From Patescibacteria group bacterium (GTDB lineage Bacteria > Patescibacteriota > Minisyncoccia > Phycocordibacterales > UBA2100), in NCBI GenBank assembly GCA_024654485.1, contig JANLHO010000049.1, positions 1 through 32,848 on the forward strand: a stretch of DNA of 32,848 nt, in the 5' to 3' direction. Of this stretch, positions 1 to 8,386 are shown piece by piece. The number at the start of each line of letters is the position of its first letter. Positions within the stretch are counted from its first letter, which is position 1. The position numbers were made by a program, and so were the translations under genes. The notes beneath the pieces are model-generated. The model saw only the letters and a list, made by a program, of their open reading frames with translations. It was not told the origin of the DNA and ran no database searches.

Positions 1-7
1 TATCGTC

Positions 8-766
8 GTGCTGGGAGTCGCGATCGCACTCATCAGCACTATTAACAGCGATAAGGTTTATAATGAAGAGAAAGGAAGTACCCCCGACGCGTCTATGAAA
101 AACTCACAAGTACAGGTAGTGCCCGTGTCGCATGCGACGGCTGTCTTGCTGTGGGGCGACAAGGTGATATATACCGACCCGACAGGGGGCGTGGAAGCCT
201 TCGCAGGGCAGCCGCCCGCCGACATCGTCCTTTTGACAGACATCCACGGCGACCACATGGAGCCGGACACGCTTTCCGCCGTACTGGGGGATGCCGCGCT
301 GATAGCTCCACAGGCCGTTAAGGACGAGCTGCCGGAAGAGCTAGCCGCACGCGTGCGCGTACTCGCCAACGGCGAGTCTGCCGACGAAGCCGGTTTCCGC
401 ATAGAAGCGGTACCGATGTACAACATACCCGAATCTACCGACGCATATCACACGAAAGGGCGCGGCAACGGCTATGTCGTGGAAAAGGACGGCTTCCGCG
501 TATACGTGGCCGGCGATACCTCCGGCACGCCGGAGATGCGGTCTCTTACGGGCATAGACGTAGCGCTTGTGCCGATGAACCTGCCGTATACCATGAGCGT
601 GGAGGAAGCGGCAGACGCGGTCTTGGCTTTCAAGCCAAGACAGGTCTATCCGTATCACTATCGCGGTCCCGACGGACTGGCGGATGTAGAGAGATTCAAA
701 CAGCTCGTGGATGCCGCGGGCTACGATATAGAGGTGGTACTGCTGGATTGGTACGCGCGCTCCTGA
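8..766 (+). CDS. MBL-fold metallo-hydrolase (beta-lactamase superfamily II-like), probably 5'-truncated by the window edge
   Basis: Motifs YTDP, LLTDIHGDH (HxHxDH variant), VPMYN...YH, VYVAGDT, LVPMNLPYTM, VYPYHY. The frame is open back to the window start and the N-terminus is hydrophobic. Confidence 0.85.
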   Translation: MLGVAIALISTINSDKVYNEEKGSTPDASMKNSQVQVVPVSHATAVLLWGDKVIYTDPTGGVEAFAGQPPADIVLLTDIHGDHMEPDTLSAVLGDAALIAPQAVKDELPEELAARVRVLANGESADEAGFRIEAVPMYNIPESTDAYHTKGRGNGYVVEKDGFRVYVAGDTSGTPEMRSLTGIDVALVPMNLPYTMSVEEAADAVLAFKPRQVYPYHYRGPDGLADVERFKQLVDAAGYDIEVVLLDWYARS

Positions 767-803
767 CCCTACGGCCGAGGCTCTACACGATCAGGCGTGA
801 TGA

Positions 804-832
804 TTGACAAGATTCCACGTCTATGATATCCT
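804..832 (+). promoter_or_regulatory. sigma70-type promoter for the cold-shock gene
   Basis: TTGACA (804-809), 17-nt spacer, TGn-TATCCT (824-832). Predicts a ~90-nt 5' UTR, as is typical of csp genes. Confidence 0.7.
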
Positions 833-929
833 AGATATATCAATTTCAGGGCTGATCCAGAGAAGCGGGGATCGACCTACGACTCCAGCACACTGTCCTT
901 GATACTTTATAAGTAGTTTTTTCATTGCC

Positions 930-1133
930 ATGCAAGAAGGAACAATAGCCCGTCTCACCGACAAAGGTTTTGGCTTCATCAAGATCGAAGGACAGGAAAA
1001 GGATCTCTTTTTCCACTCCAACGAGCTCGTTGGCGTCTCCTTTGATGAGCTTCGTGAGGGGGACAAGGTGACCTTTGAGGTCGCGGACAGCCCGAAGGGG
1101 CCCAACGCGGTCAAGGTCAGCCGTGTCGCTTAA
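930..1133 (+). CDS. csp: cold-shock protein (CSD)
   Basis: RNP1 KGFGFI, RNP2 LFFH, C-terminal KGPNAVKV; 67 aa. Confidence 0.96.
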   Translation: MQEGTIARLTDKGFGFIKIEGQEKDLFFHSNELVGVSFDELREGDKVTFEVADSPKGPNAVKVSRVA

Positions 1134-1149
1134 GACCCAAGAAGTCTTT

Positions 1150-1182
1150 CACAAAACGCCGCGCTTAGCGCGGCGTTTTGTG
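1150..1182. terminator. intrinsic terminator after csp
   Basis: Perfect hairpin CACAAAACGCCGCGC-TTA-GCGCGGCGTTTTGTG with A/T tracts on both sides. Confidence 0.8.
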
Positions 1183-1271
1183 TGCAGGAGAAATAAGCAA
1201 GCCCGCCTTCAGGAGAGAGTCTTTAACCCGCAGATTTTGCACGCGCGGGCATGGCGGGTATACTTGCACGC

Positions 1272-1553
1272 ATGAGGTATGTTCTCTATGTAAAAACAGG
1301 ATGCCCGTATTGCAAGCGCGTGCTGGAATTCGCCAAAAAGAACGGAATAGAATTTGAGCTGCGCAACCGCGATGATGCGGGTGTCAGCGAAGAGCTTATA
1401 GCGCGCGGCGGCAAGCGGCAATTCCCGTACCTGGTGGATACGGAAAATGGGGAAGAGATGTACGAATCGGGAGACATAATCGCGTATCTTGCGAAGCAGG
1501 CGGGTATCACGGCTCAGGAAGGTTCAGGCGAAGGCACATGCGCTGTAGAGTAA
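1272..1553 (+). CDS. glutaredoxin / GST N-terminal-domain protein
   Basis: YVLYVKTGCPYC, GGKRQFPYLVD, MYESGDIIAYL. Start placed at ATG 1272, 7 nt after TATACT. Confidence 0.88.
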   Translation: MRYVLYVKTGCPYCKRVLEFAKKNGIEFELRNRDDAGVSEELIARGGKRQFPYLVDTENGEEMYESGDIIAYLAKQAGITAQEGSGEGTCAVE

Positions 1554-1759
1554 GGGTATCGGCGGACGTCCGCCGCGAGTCGCTCGCCGAAGGGAAAGGG
1601 GGCGTGCTTGACATATCGGTGCGGGAGAAGGCCGAGCGTGGGGAGGCCAATCTGCGCGTGCGTGAGCTTGTTGCGCGGCATTTCGGGGTCTCCGTGAAGG
1701 CGGTGCGCATCGTCACGGGACATCGCGGAAGCAGCAAGACGCTGGAGGTGATACAATAG
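1538..1759 (+). CDS. DUF167 / YggU-family protein
   Basis: Pattern VRV.A..RRE...LDISVREKAERGEAN..V..LVA.HFGV...VRIVTGHRGSSKTLEV. Confidence 0.85.
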   Translation: MRCRVRVSADVRRESLAEGKGGVLDISVREKAERGEANLRVRELVARHFGVSVKAVRIVTGHRGSSKTLEVIQ

Positions 1760-1770
1760 GCGCTAATCAA

Positions 1771-1805
1771 TCACCGTTCACTGTTTACTGGTCACTATTC
1801 ACTGC
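1771..1805 (+). repeat. degenerate heptamer tandem array (5 x TCACTGT-like)
   Basis: TCACCGT TCACTGT TTACTGG TCACTAT TCACTGC, ending 5 nt before the hpf start codon. Confidence 0.8.
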
Positions 1806-1810
1806 TATTT

Positions 1811-2179
1811 ATGGACATCCGTATCAAAGCGACCGATTACGAGCTGACGCCGCAGGTGGAGGAATATCTCACGCAGCGCATAGAAGCACTTCGGAAATTC
1901 ATAGGAGACAAAGAGGACGTTACACGATGCGAGGTGGAGCTAGGACGCGACGCGGGCCGCCCGCGCCACGGCGACAATCTTTATTTTGCCGAGATACGCA
2001 TAATCTCTCCCGGCGAGAGCGCAGTGTACGCACGCAACAATTCCGAATCGGTCAACGGCGCCATAGACGATGTGAAAGAGGAGGTGGAGCGCCAGATGCG
2101 CAAATCAAAGCGTGTAAGCATAAGCTTCATTCGCAAGGGCGGGGCGCTGGCTAAGAGGTTGATGAGGTGGGGGAGGTAG
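1811..2179 (+). CDS. raiA: ribosome hibernation factor HPF/RaiA (S30AE family)
   Basis: MDIRIKATDYELTPQVEEY...AEIRI...VYAR..SESVNGAIDDVKEEVERQMRK fits the S30AE fold. Confidence 0.85.
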   Translation: MDIRIKATDYELTPQVEEYLTQRIEALRKFIGDKEDVTRCEVELGRDAGRPRHGDNLYFAEIRIISPGESAVYARNNSESVNGAIDDVKEEVERQMRKSKRVSISFIRKGGALAKRLMRWGR

Positions 2180-2189
2180 AAGGGGCTTC

Positions 2190-2310
2190 GGCCCCGCACA
2201 CTATCGGCGAGCTTTATCGTTTGAGGTTTTGCTTTGTGTATCACCACTACGACTGGTCAAACAAATTTGAATAATTGGCTGCGCGAGGCTCGTCGATAGT
2301 GTGCGGGGCC
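2190..2310. repeat. 23-bp inverted repeat enclosing a 75-bp AT-richer core (MITE/REP-like)
   Basis: GGCCCCGCACACTATCGGCGAGC (2190-2212) versus GCTCGTCGATAGTGTGCGGGGCC (2288-2310), 22/23 complementary. Confidence 0.75.
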
Positions 2311-2431
2311 TGCGCTAGGGTTAGGGTGAGACGCGCGAGGCTCGCAATAAGTATCAGCCTGTCTCGCAGAGGTTGTAGAAGGTGCGCGAGGTCCGCCGAG
2401 GGTATGCTGGACCTCCGCAAGAGTCGGTCAA

Positions 2432-2475
2432 AACTTTTCCACTTCGCTCACGACCGTGAGCGAAGTGGAAAAGTT
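2432..2475. terminator. long perfect palindrome, probable bidirectional terminator between convergent raiA and fmt
   Basis: AACTTTTCCACTTCGCTCACG-AC-CGTGAGCGAAGTGGAAAAGTT, followed by CTTTT. Confidence 0.65.
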
Positions 2476-2482
2476 CTTTTAG

Positions 2483-3367
2483 CTACTCCGTGACGGGTTT
2501 TGCGCCGGAGCGCAGGAATTCTTCGTAGCTCATTTCTCGCTTGCCTTCGGGCTTCACGCGGTCAATGGCAAGCGCTTTCCCGTCCAGATGCGCTTCAAGT
2601 ATCTGCACGCGCAGACGCTTGCCGTCCCGCTCAAAGAAAGAGTGCGTACCCACAGTGGAATCAAAAGCCCGTATTTTCAGGAGATTTTTGTATGCATCGT
2701 CCGCGAGGTCCAGAAGTCCGTCGCTCTTGGTATAGGCGGGGCAGTGAGTCGCGAGGTCGTGATTTTGCGGCCGGGCATTTATCTCGCCCGATAGCCACGC
2801 GGGCATTACCTGTGCCAGAAGCCGCGCGCTCTCGTGCGTCGCCGCCTCTTCCGCCTCGCTCGCGCTCGGCGGCCACCCGCCGGTAGGCGGAGACATCTCT
2901 ATGCGCTTCTGCGCGATAACGGGTCCGTGGTCTATTTTCTCGTCCAGAAGGATGATTGATGTGCCCAGCTCACGATCGCCTCCGGCGATAGCGGCGCGTA
3001 CGGGGGAGGTGCCGCGCCATCGCGGCAGGAGCGAAAAATGGATATTCAGAGTTCCTCGCCCGGGTATCTCCAGCACGCTCTTAGGCAGTATCTTGCCGTA
3101 GTATATGACGACAAAAGCGTCCCACTCTTCGTCGGACAGCTCCTTCGCGAATTTCGAATCAAGCGTATCCGGCTGCATTGTGCGAATGCCGTGCATCTCG
3201 GCCCACTTCTTCACGGGCGGTGATGCGAGCGCCTTACCGCGCCCCTGCGGAGCATCCGGCGTCGTCACTACCAGAGAGGGGACGAGGCCGCTTTTTTCCA
3301 AGTCGTCCAGAAATACTGTCGCAAGATGCGGCGTCCCGAAAAAGGCGAATTTGGTGTCGGGTTTCAT
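2483..3367 (-). CDS. fmt: methionyl-tRNA formyltransferase
   Basis: FFGTP, VVTTPD.PQGRG, NIHFSLLPRWRGTSP, DHGPV, VKPEGKREM; adjacent to def. Confidence 0.96.
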   Translation of the reverse strand: MKPDTKFAFFGTPHLATVFLDDLEKSGLVPSLVVTTPDAPQGRGKALASPPVKKWAEMHGIRTMQPDTLDSKFAKELSDEEWDAFVVIYYGKILPKSVLEIPGRGTLNIHFSLLPRWRGTSPVRAAIAGGDRELGTSIILLDEKIDHGPVIAQKRIEMSPPTGGWPPSASEAEEAATHESARLLAQVMPAWLSGEINARPQNHDLATHCPAYTKSDGLLDLADDAYKNLLKIRAFDSTVGTHSFFERDGKRLRVQILEAHLDGKALAIDRVKPEGKREMSYEEFLRSGAKPVTE

Positions 3368-3412
3368 TTGGAAAATGGATTATGATATATCATAATTTTC
3401 GCCTGACATGAT

Positions 3413-4000
3413 TTATTTGCCATTCGCGGGCTGTTCGTCGTACATATGCGCCGCCTTGTCGGTGTATAGTACGCCCTCAAGGTGATCCATCTCGTGCTGG
3501 AATATGTGCGCGAGGAATCCCGACGCGCCGCGCGTGAAGCGCCGACCATCCTCATCAAAGGCTTGTATCGTGGCCTTCTCCGAGCGCAGTACCTCGCCCC
3601 ATTTGCCGCGCACCGAAAGGCATCCTTCGTGCTTCTCGCTCTTTTGCCGCGAGAGCTTGGTCATAACCGGATTGATATAGACCTGATCTCGGCCCAAGGC
3701 CGACCCGCCTTGGGCGGGCGGAACGCGCCCGTCGTCTGCATTTGCACTCCCAATCTCGTCGGGAGCGTTGCGCGAGCCGCGAGCAATGGCACGCCCAGAA
3801 ACAATAAAGAGGCGAAGCGGCTCGCCGACCTGCGGCGCGGCAAGCGCGACGCCATACTCTTCTTTTGCAAGGAGTTTTCGCATGTCAGAGATGAGCTCCT
3901 GAATGGTCGCGCCCGATATCTCCGCGACGGGTATCTCGCGCGCGACCTGCCGCAGAGCGCCGTTCGCGCTTTCCGGCAATATTTCCCGCTTTACCTTCAT
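3413..4000 (-). CDS. def: peptide deformylase
   Basis: GVALAAPQVG, EGCLSV, QHEMDHLEG. Confidence 0.97.
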   Translation of the reverse strand: MKVKREILPESANGALRQVAREIPVAEISGATIQELISDMRKLLAKEEYGVALAAPQVGEPLRLFIVSGRAIARGSRNAPDEIGSANADDGRVPPAQGGSALGRDQVYINPVMTKLSRQKSEKHEGCLSVRGKWGEVLRSEKATIQAFDEDGRRFTRGASGFLAHIFQHEMDHLEGVLYTDKAAHMYDEQPANGK

Positions 4001-4096
4001 ACGCGAAACTATACGGTATGCAGCGCAATAGCCAAAACATCAATGGAGTATGCGGGCAAAATCTGCTCCGGCAATGCTTAGGTGTACAATACGCCC

Positions 4097-4375
4097 ATGA
4101 AGCACATCAGCGCACACATCAAAAGGTCATCCGAGAGGTCGCGGCAGACGGAGCGCGGAGAGCTTATGCGCTACTTTGTGGAGAAGCTCAATGCAGGCCG
4201 CGAGCAGGACGGCCTTCCGCCGATATCAATGGGCCGCATGGGGAAGATGCTTGAGAAGATACCCACCAAAGACCTCTACTATATAAAAAGCGTATGCGAC
4301 GAAGCAAAAAATTTCTCCAAGAAATTTTGGTGGTTATTAAATCCTGACAAGTACGATAAGGGAAAGAAGTCTTGA
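4097..4375 (+). CDS. small basic hypothetical protein
   Basis: 92-aa ORF divergent from def, with TACAAT 6 nt upstream of the ATG. A diverged copy of its C-terminal coding sequence lies at 4443-4484, which supports the reading frame. Confidence 0.7.
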   Translation: MKHISAHIKRSSERSRQTERGELMRYFVEKLNAGREQDGLPPISMGRMGKMLEKIPTKDLYYIKSVCDEAKNFSKKFWWLLNPDKYDKGKKS

Positions 4376-4406
4376 TCGTTCCACTCGTCAACATGCAATG
4401 AGTCTC

Positions 4407-4442
4407 GCCCCGTAGCTCCGCCAAAGGCGGATGGTACCGGGG
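4407..4442 (+). repeat. 36-bp palindromic element GCCCCGTAGC-[15-nt hairpin]-TGGTACCGGGG
   Basis: Same architecture as the element at 19767-19802 (minus strand). CTCCGCCAAAGGCGGA (4416-4431) recurs exactly at 22018-22033. Confidence 0.75.
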
Positions 4443-4484
4443 TATCTATTGAACCCCGAGAAGTACGAGAAGGATAAAAAATAA
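4443..4484 (+). pseudogene. orphan duplicate of the 3' end of the 4097-4375 gene
   Basis: Reads YLLNPEKYEKDKK* versus WLLNPDKYDKGKKS* at the end of the upstream ORF. Confidence 0.7.
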
Positions 4485-4587
4485 ACAATGTCGCCCCGTC
4501 TCGTAGACGGGGGCAGGAACCGCGCCAGTTATACGTTCGCGTCGCGGCTTTGTCAAAGTGCGCACAGCGGATACAATGCCCTGACCC

Positions 4588-5601
4588 ATGTCATTCTTCT
4601 CACCCAAATTAGGCATTGACCTCGGCACGACCACCGTGCTGGTCTTCGTACCCGGCAAGGGCATCGTCTTGAACGAGCCGTCTGTGGTCGCGGTGTCGCA
4701 GGTGGACAATAAGATACTCGCGGTAGGAAACGATGCCAAAGAAATGGTCGGTCGCACCCCGGACGAGATACGGGCGTACCGACCGATGAAAGACGGTGTC
4801 ATCGCGGATTACCGCGTGACGGAGGCGATGCTCCGATACTACATAAGGAAGGCGCTCGGCAGGTGGAATCTTTTTCGCCCCGAAGTGATGGTCTCGGTAC
4901 CCGCAGGCGTCACCTCCACGGAGAGGCGCGCGGTAGTGGAGGCGGCGACCAAGGCAGGAGCGCGGCATGCATTCATCGTCAAGGAGCCGATACTCGCGGC
5001 GATAGGCGCGGGCATACCCATCCACGAGGCGCGCGGGCACATGATAGTGGACATCGGCGGCGGTACGACCGACGTTGCCGTAATCAGCTTGGGCGGCATC
5101 GTTGCATCCACATCGGTAAAATGCGCGGGCAACGCGATGGACCACGCGATAGCGGATTACATAAAGAAAACCTACAACCTCGGCATCGGCGACAAGATGG
5201 CGGAGGAGATAAAGATACATATAGGCTCCGCAACGCCGCTTGATGAAGAGCTCACGATGACGGTAAAAGGGCGCGACCACCTTACGGGCCTTCCGCGCTC
5301 TATAGAGCTATCCAGCAACGAAGTGGTGCGCGCGGTGGGGAAGGAGTTGCGGACAATGATAAACGCAATAAAAGACGTCCTGCAGGATACGCCGCCGGAG
5401 CTGGCAGCCGACATAATAGACAACGGCATCACCATGACGGGCGGCTCCTCCATGCTGCGCAATTTTCCCGAGCTTGTCTTCCGACGCACCGGCGTCAAGG
5501 CGCGCCTTGGCAAAGACGCCCCATACTGCGTGGCCAAGGGCACGGGCGAGGCGCTCAAGCACTTAGAGACTTATAAGAAGGCCATAATTTCAAAACGTTA
5601 G
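4588..5601 (+). CDS. mreB: rod shape-determining protein MreB/Mbl (paralog 1, stand-alone)
   Basis: GIDLGT, EPSVVA, RPMKDGVIAD, VDIGGGTTD, TGGSSML. Confidence 0.96.
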   Translation: MSFFSPKLGIDLGTTTVLVFVPGKGIVLNEPSVVAVSQVDNKILAVGNDAKEMVGRTPDEIRAYRPMKDGVIADYRVTEAMLRYYIRKALGRWNLFRPEVMVSVPAGVTSTERRAVVEAATKAGARHAFIVKEPILAAIGAGIPIHEARGHMIVDIGGGTTDVAVISLGGIVASTSVKCAGNAMDHAIADYIKKTYNLGIGDKMAEEIKIHIGSATPLDEELTMTVKGRDHLTGLPRSIELSSNEVVRAVGKELRTMINAIKDVLQDTPPELAADIIDNGITMTGGSSMLRNFPELVFRRTGVKARLGKDAPYCVAKGTGEALKHLETYKKAIISKR

Positions 5602-5628
5602 GTCGTCCGCTTGAGCCATGGAGATTTA

Positions 5629-5658
5629 CCCCGCACCAAGCTTTGCTTTGGTGCGGGG
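5629..5658. repeat. REP-like palindrome CCCCGCACCAA...TTGGTGCGGGG
   Basis: 11-bp perfect arms; related to 20262-20296 and to the arms of 2190-2310. Lies between convergent genes and may act as a terminator. Confidence 0.7.
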
Positions 5659-5720
5659 CGTATAAAAAAGCCATCATCTCCAAGCGTTGATCAGGCCGCT
5701 ACTTGCAGTCCATTCTTCCG

Positions 5721-6194
5721 CTACTTGTCGGATTTGGCGGGGCCGGTGGATGGACTGCTTTTCAGGCGCTCAATGTCGGCCATGAGGCGGCGCAGGTCGG
5801 CCTGAATGCTGCCGAGCGCCATCTTTTGCTCCAGCTTGCGGAGCGCGTCGGTCTTCTCTTCCTCCGTCATTTCCTCAAAGTCCTCGGTGATGTCCTCCAC
5901 ATCCTCCTGCAGCTCGTCAATGTCTTTCTGTATCTCGTCAATGTCCTCCCCGACATCTTCCAGCTCCTGCGTGGTGTAGTTGATGCTCATCTGTATGAAT
6001 ATTGATAGATAAATAGCCTCAAGCGATACGAGGGTCGTAACGAAAAGCAGCATAGCGCTCCACTCTATCAGCCCCACGTCCACCGCGACGAAGCTCGCTG
6101 CGAAAAGTATGGTATGCACGACAAGGGATGCCGGCGAGCCTATCCACCGCGTGATGGTCAGAGCGGTCTTTTCTATTTTTTTCTGCGTTGCCAT
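5721..6194 (-). CDS. DUF1003-family membrane protein with acidic coiled-coil tail
   Basis: ITRWIGS...HTILF...LVSLEAIYLSIFIQMS.N. Start chosen at MATQKK because TATACT lies 7 nt upstream. Confidence 0.8.
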   Translation of the reverse strand: MATQKKIEKTALTITRWIGSPASLVVHTILFAASFVAVDVGLIEWSAMLLFVTTLVSLEAIYLSIFIQMSINYTTQELEDVGEDIDEIQKDIDELQEDVEDITEDFEEMTEEEKTDALRKLEQKMALGSIQADLRRLMADIERLKSSPSTGPAKSDK

Positions 6195-6299
6195 GTCGGG
6201 GAGTATACTCGCCATTGCGTCCTCCACAAGAGTTTAATGTGCAAAACGCTCCGCCCGCATTCCCGTTCCGCAACATATTTATGGGGGTATACTGGAGCG

Positions 6300-6986
6300 A
6301 TGAGAAGGCAGCCGGTGGGAAATGCGCACCTGATAGCGGGGGGTCCCGAGCACGTAGAGACCGTTCTTGAGATGCTAAAAAATGATGGCATATCCGTCCG
6401 TGGCAATCCGGATATCTATGTGCGCACATACCGGCATTTCGGGATAGACGAGGCGCGCGAGATGCGCGAGCGCGCGGCGGCGCGACCCCTGGGGCCGCGC
6501 CGCTACTTCATCCTCGTCTGCCCAAGCATGACGAGCGAGGCGCAAAACGCGCTCCTCAAGACCATAGAAGAGCCGCCTGTGGAAGCGGCGTTCTACATAA
6601 TCACGCCCGCTCCGCAGACACTTCTGCCAACCCTTCGCTCCCGCATGCAGATCGCGGATGCTTCGGACTATACGACAGAGGCCTCCGGCTCCGGAATTGA
6701 TGCCAGAGAATTTCTTGCCGCCGCGCCGCCGAAGCGGCTGGATATGCTGAAACCGCTTCTACAAAAGGGCGAAGACGAGCGCCGCGACAGTGGCGCCATA
6801 GTCTCCTTCCTCTCCGAGCTTGAGGTGGCACTGTCCGGAGATTTCCGTAAAAAGATGCGTGAAGATATGCCCGCGATGAAGCAGGGAATAGAGGCGCTCT
6901 ATCGCGCCCGCGCCTACGCCATGGATAAGGGTGCGCTCGTCAAGCCCCTCTTGGAACAGGTCGCATTGCTGTGCCCGCAAATGTAA
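6300..6986 (+). CDS. holB: DNA polymerase III delta-prime-like subunit (short form)
   Basis: NPD, FGIDEAR, MTSEAQNALLKTIEEPP, LLPTLRSR. Confidence 0.8.
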   Translation: MRRQPVGNAHLIAGGPEHVETVLEMLKNDGISVRGNPDIYVRTYRHFGIDEAREMRERAAARPLGPRRYFILVCPSMTSEAQNALLKTIEEPPVEAAFYIITPAPQTLLPTLRSRMQIADASDYTTEASGSGIDAREFLAAAPPKRLDMLKPLLQKGEDERRDSGAIVSFLSELEVALSGDFRKKMREDMPAMKQGIEALYRARAYAMDKGALVKPLLEQVALLCPQM

Positions 6987-7042
6987 CGCGATGGCGTTCT
7001 AGCCATCACTGCATTGAGCATTGAGCGCCGAGACGCACGACA

Positions 7043-7096
7043 CTTGCCACTGACCCGATACTTAGGCAAATAACTAAGTATCGGGTCAGCGGCAAG
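7043..7096. repeat. 23-bp inverted repeat; 15 bp of it recurs directly at 7551-7565
   Basis: CTTGCCACTGACCCGATACTTAG / CTAAGTATCGGGTCAGCGGCAAG (22/23). TAACTAAGTATCGGG occurs at 7071-7085 and 7551-7565. Confidence 0.8.
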
Positions 7097-7138
7097 AACG
7101 TCTCCGCAGCGACGCATACGGGGACGCCGGCGGGAACG

Positions 7139-7546
7139 TCAATCGTCAAGGCAGAAGGGATCGCGCGTCGCGAGCCATTCGGAGAGCTCTTTAGGCGCGC
7201 GCGTGTTGTAGATGCAAAGGCGAATACGCCCGTGCTTGCGCGTCGTGATCAGGCCAGCCCGCTCCAGGGTCTCCACGTGGGCCATGGCCGAGGGGAGGGT
7301 GATATTAAAAGGCGCTGCAAGTTTAGAAACGGACATCGCGCCTGCGCGGTGCAGGCGTGCGAGCATTCGCCGATTCCGCTCTACGCCGAGCGCATCCAAC
7401 ATGAGTCGTGCGTTCTTGCGCGGTTCTCCCTTGCCGTATGTACGACGACGCAACATCTCCGCTTCCGCATCGCGATACAGCCGCTCTTCTCGCCGCCGTT
7501 CCTGCTCCCGTGCCCGTCTTATTCTGGCTTTGTTCCAATACTTCAT
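7139..7546 (-). CDS. ArsR/SmtB-family winged-helix regulator with Arg-rich N-terminal extension
   Basis: LDALG..RNRRML.RL...GAMSVSKLAAPFNITLPSAMAHVETLERAGLI...KHGRIR. Confidence 0.8.
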   Translation of the reverse strand: MKYWNKARIRRAREQERRREERLYRDAEAEMLRRRTYGKGEPRKNARLMLDALGVERNRRMLARLHRAGAMSVSKLAAPFNITLPSAMAHVETLERAGLITTRKHGRIRLCIYNTRAPKELSEWLATRDPFCLDD

Positions 7547-7648
7547 TTTCTAACTAAGTATCGGGCATCGGGTCTGACCGGCCTATATCGTACTTGTGGA
7601 AAACGAACACGCGCGAACCGGCCGCCCTCACATGCTATAATGTCGCGC

Positions 7649-8206
7649 ATGGCGATGAACTTCGATTTCAAGAGCTTTGACGAGAAAACGGCGGCCTCGC
7701 TGGAGTGGCTCGCCAAGGAGTATCGCGGACTGCGCACGGGCCGCGCCACCCCCATGATACTGGACGGATTGATGGTTTCCGCGTACGGCTCCATGATGCC
7801 TCTGAAGCAGGTGGCCAATGTCGGCGTAGAGGATGCGCGCACGCTGCGCGTCAGCGCCTACGACGCCGGGCTCATTAAGGATATAGAGCGCGCCATCGCG
7901 GGCGCGGACCTTGGTGTGGGCACTTCCACCGACGGCTCCAGTGTCCGCGTGACCTTTCCGGAGCTTACCGGTGAGCGTCGCGCCGAATTCATAAAGCTTG
8001 CGAAGGCGAAGCTTGAAGAAGCGCGCGCCACTGTGCGCGTCGCGCGTGATGAAGTGTGGAAGAATATCCAGTCGCGCGAGCAGGAGGGGACGCTTACCGA
8101 AGACGACAAATACGCTCTCAAGGACGAGCTGCAGAAAAAGGTGGACGCGGCCAACGAATCGCTGGAAAAGGCATTTGATAGAAAAGAGGAAGAGATGAGC
8201 GCATGA
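7649..8206 (+). CDS. frr: ribosome recycling factor
   Basis: LRTGRATP, AYGSMMPLKQVANV, FPELTGERR. The true start is near 7649 (TGn-TATAAT at 7633-7641), not 7232. Confidence 0.95.
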   Translation: MAMNFDFKSFDEKTAASLEWLAKEYRGLRTGRATPMILDGLMVSAYGSMMPLKQVANVGVEDARTLRVSAYDAGLIKDIERAIAGADLGVGTSTDGSSVRVTFPELTGERRAEFIKLAKAKLEEARATVRVARDEVWKNIQSREQEGTLTEDDKYALKDELQKKVDAANESLEKAFDRKEEEMSA

Positions 8207-8221
8207 GCAGTGCGTGGAAGG

Positions 8222-8386
8222 CAGTGCGTAGTGCGTAGAACCAGACCATGGCTGATTATCGCGACCTGATTGTCTGGCAGAAATCGGCAGTCAAGACAAG
8301 CGTAGAAATGCCGAGACGCTACTTTCAGAAGTATTACGAATGCTCAACAAGTTAAGTTCGGATTAGCGCCTACGCACTACGCACTG
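8222..8386. repeat. 17-bp inverted heptamer repeats flanking the four-helix-bundle remnant
   Basis: CAGTGCGTAGTGCGTAG (8222-8238) / CTACGCACTACGCACTG (8370-8386), perfect. Confidence 0.85.
8248..8366 (+). pseudogene. internally deleted four-helix-bundle (23S rRNA IVP/bAvd-like) gene
   Basis: N-terminus MADYRDLIVWQKS is joined out of frame to a C-terminus GSQDKRRNAETLLSEVLRMLNKLSSD*. Both resemble the family ends ([FY].DL.VWQK and EV.[KR]ML..L). Confidence 0.75.

Noticed and set aside
1760-1810. raiA-motif RNA upstream of raiA
   Set aside because: The gap is only ~50 bp and is filled by a heptamer array, far too short for that RNA.
2281-2391. CRISPR array (GCGCGAGG recurring at ~52-bp spacing)
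   Set aside because: The repeat is only 8-12 bp, there are three degenerate copies, and no cas genes are in the window.
7232-7648. 139-aa N-terminal extension of Frr
   Set aside because: It overlaps the ArsR gene on the opposite strand. Frr similarity and a TATAAT box point to a start near 7649.
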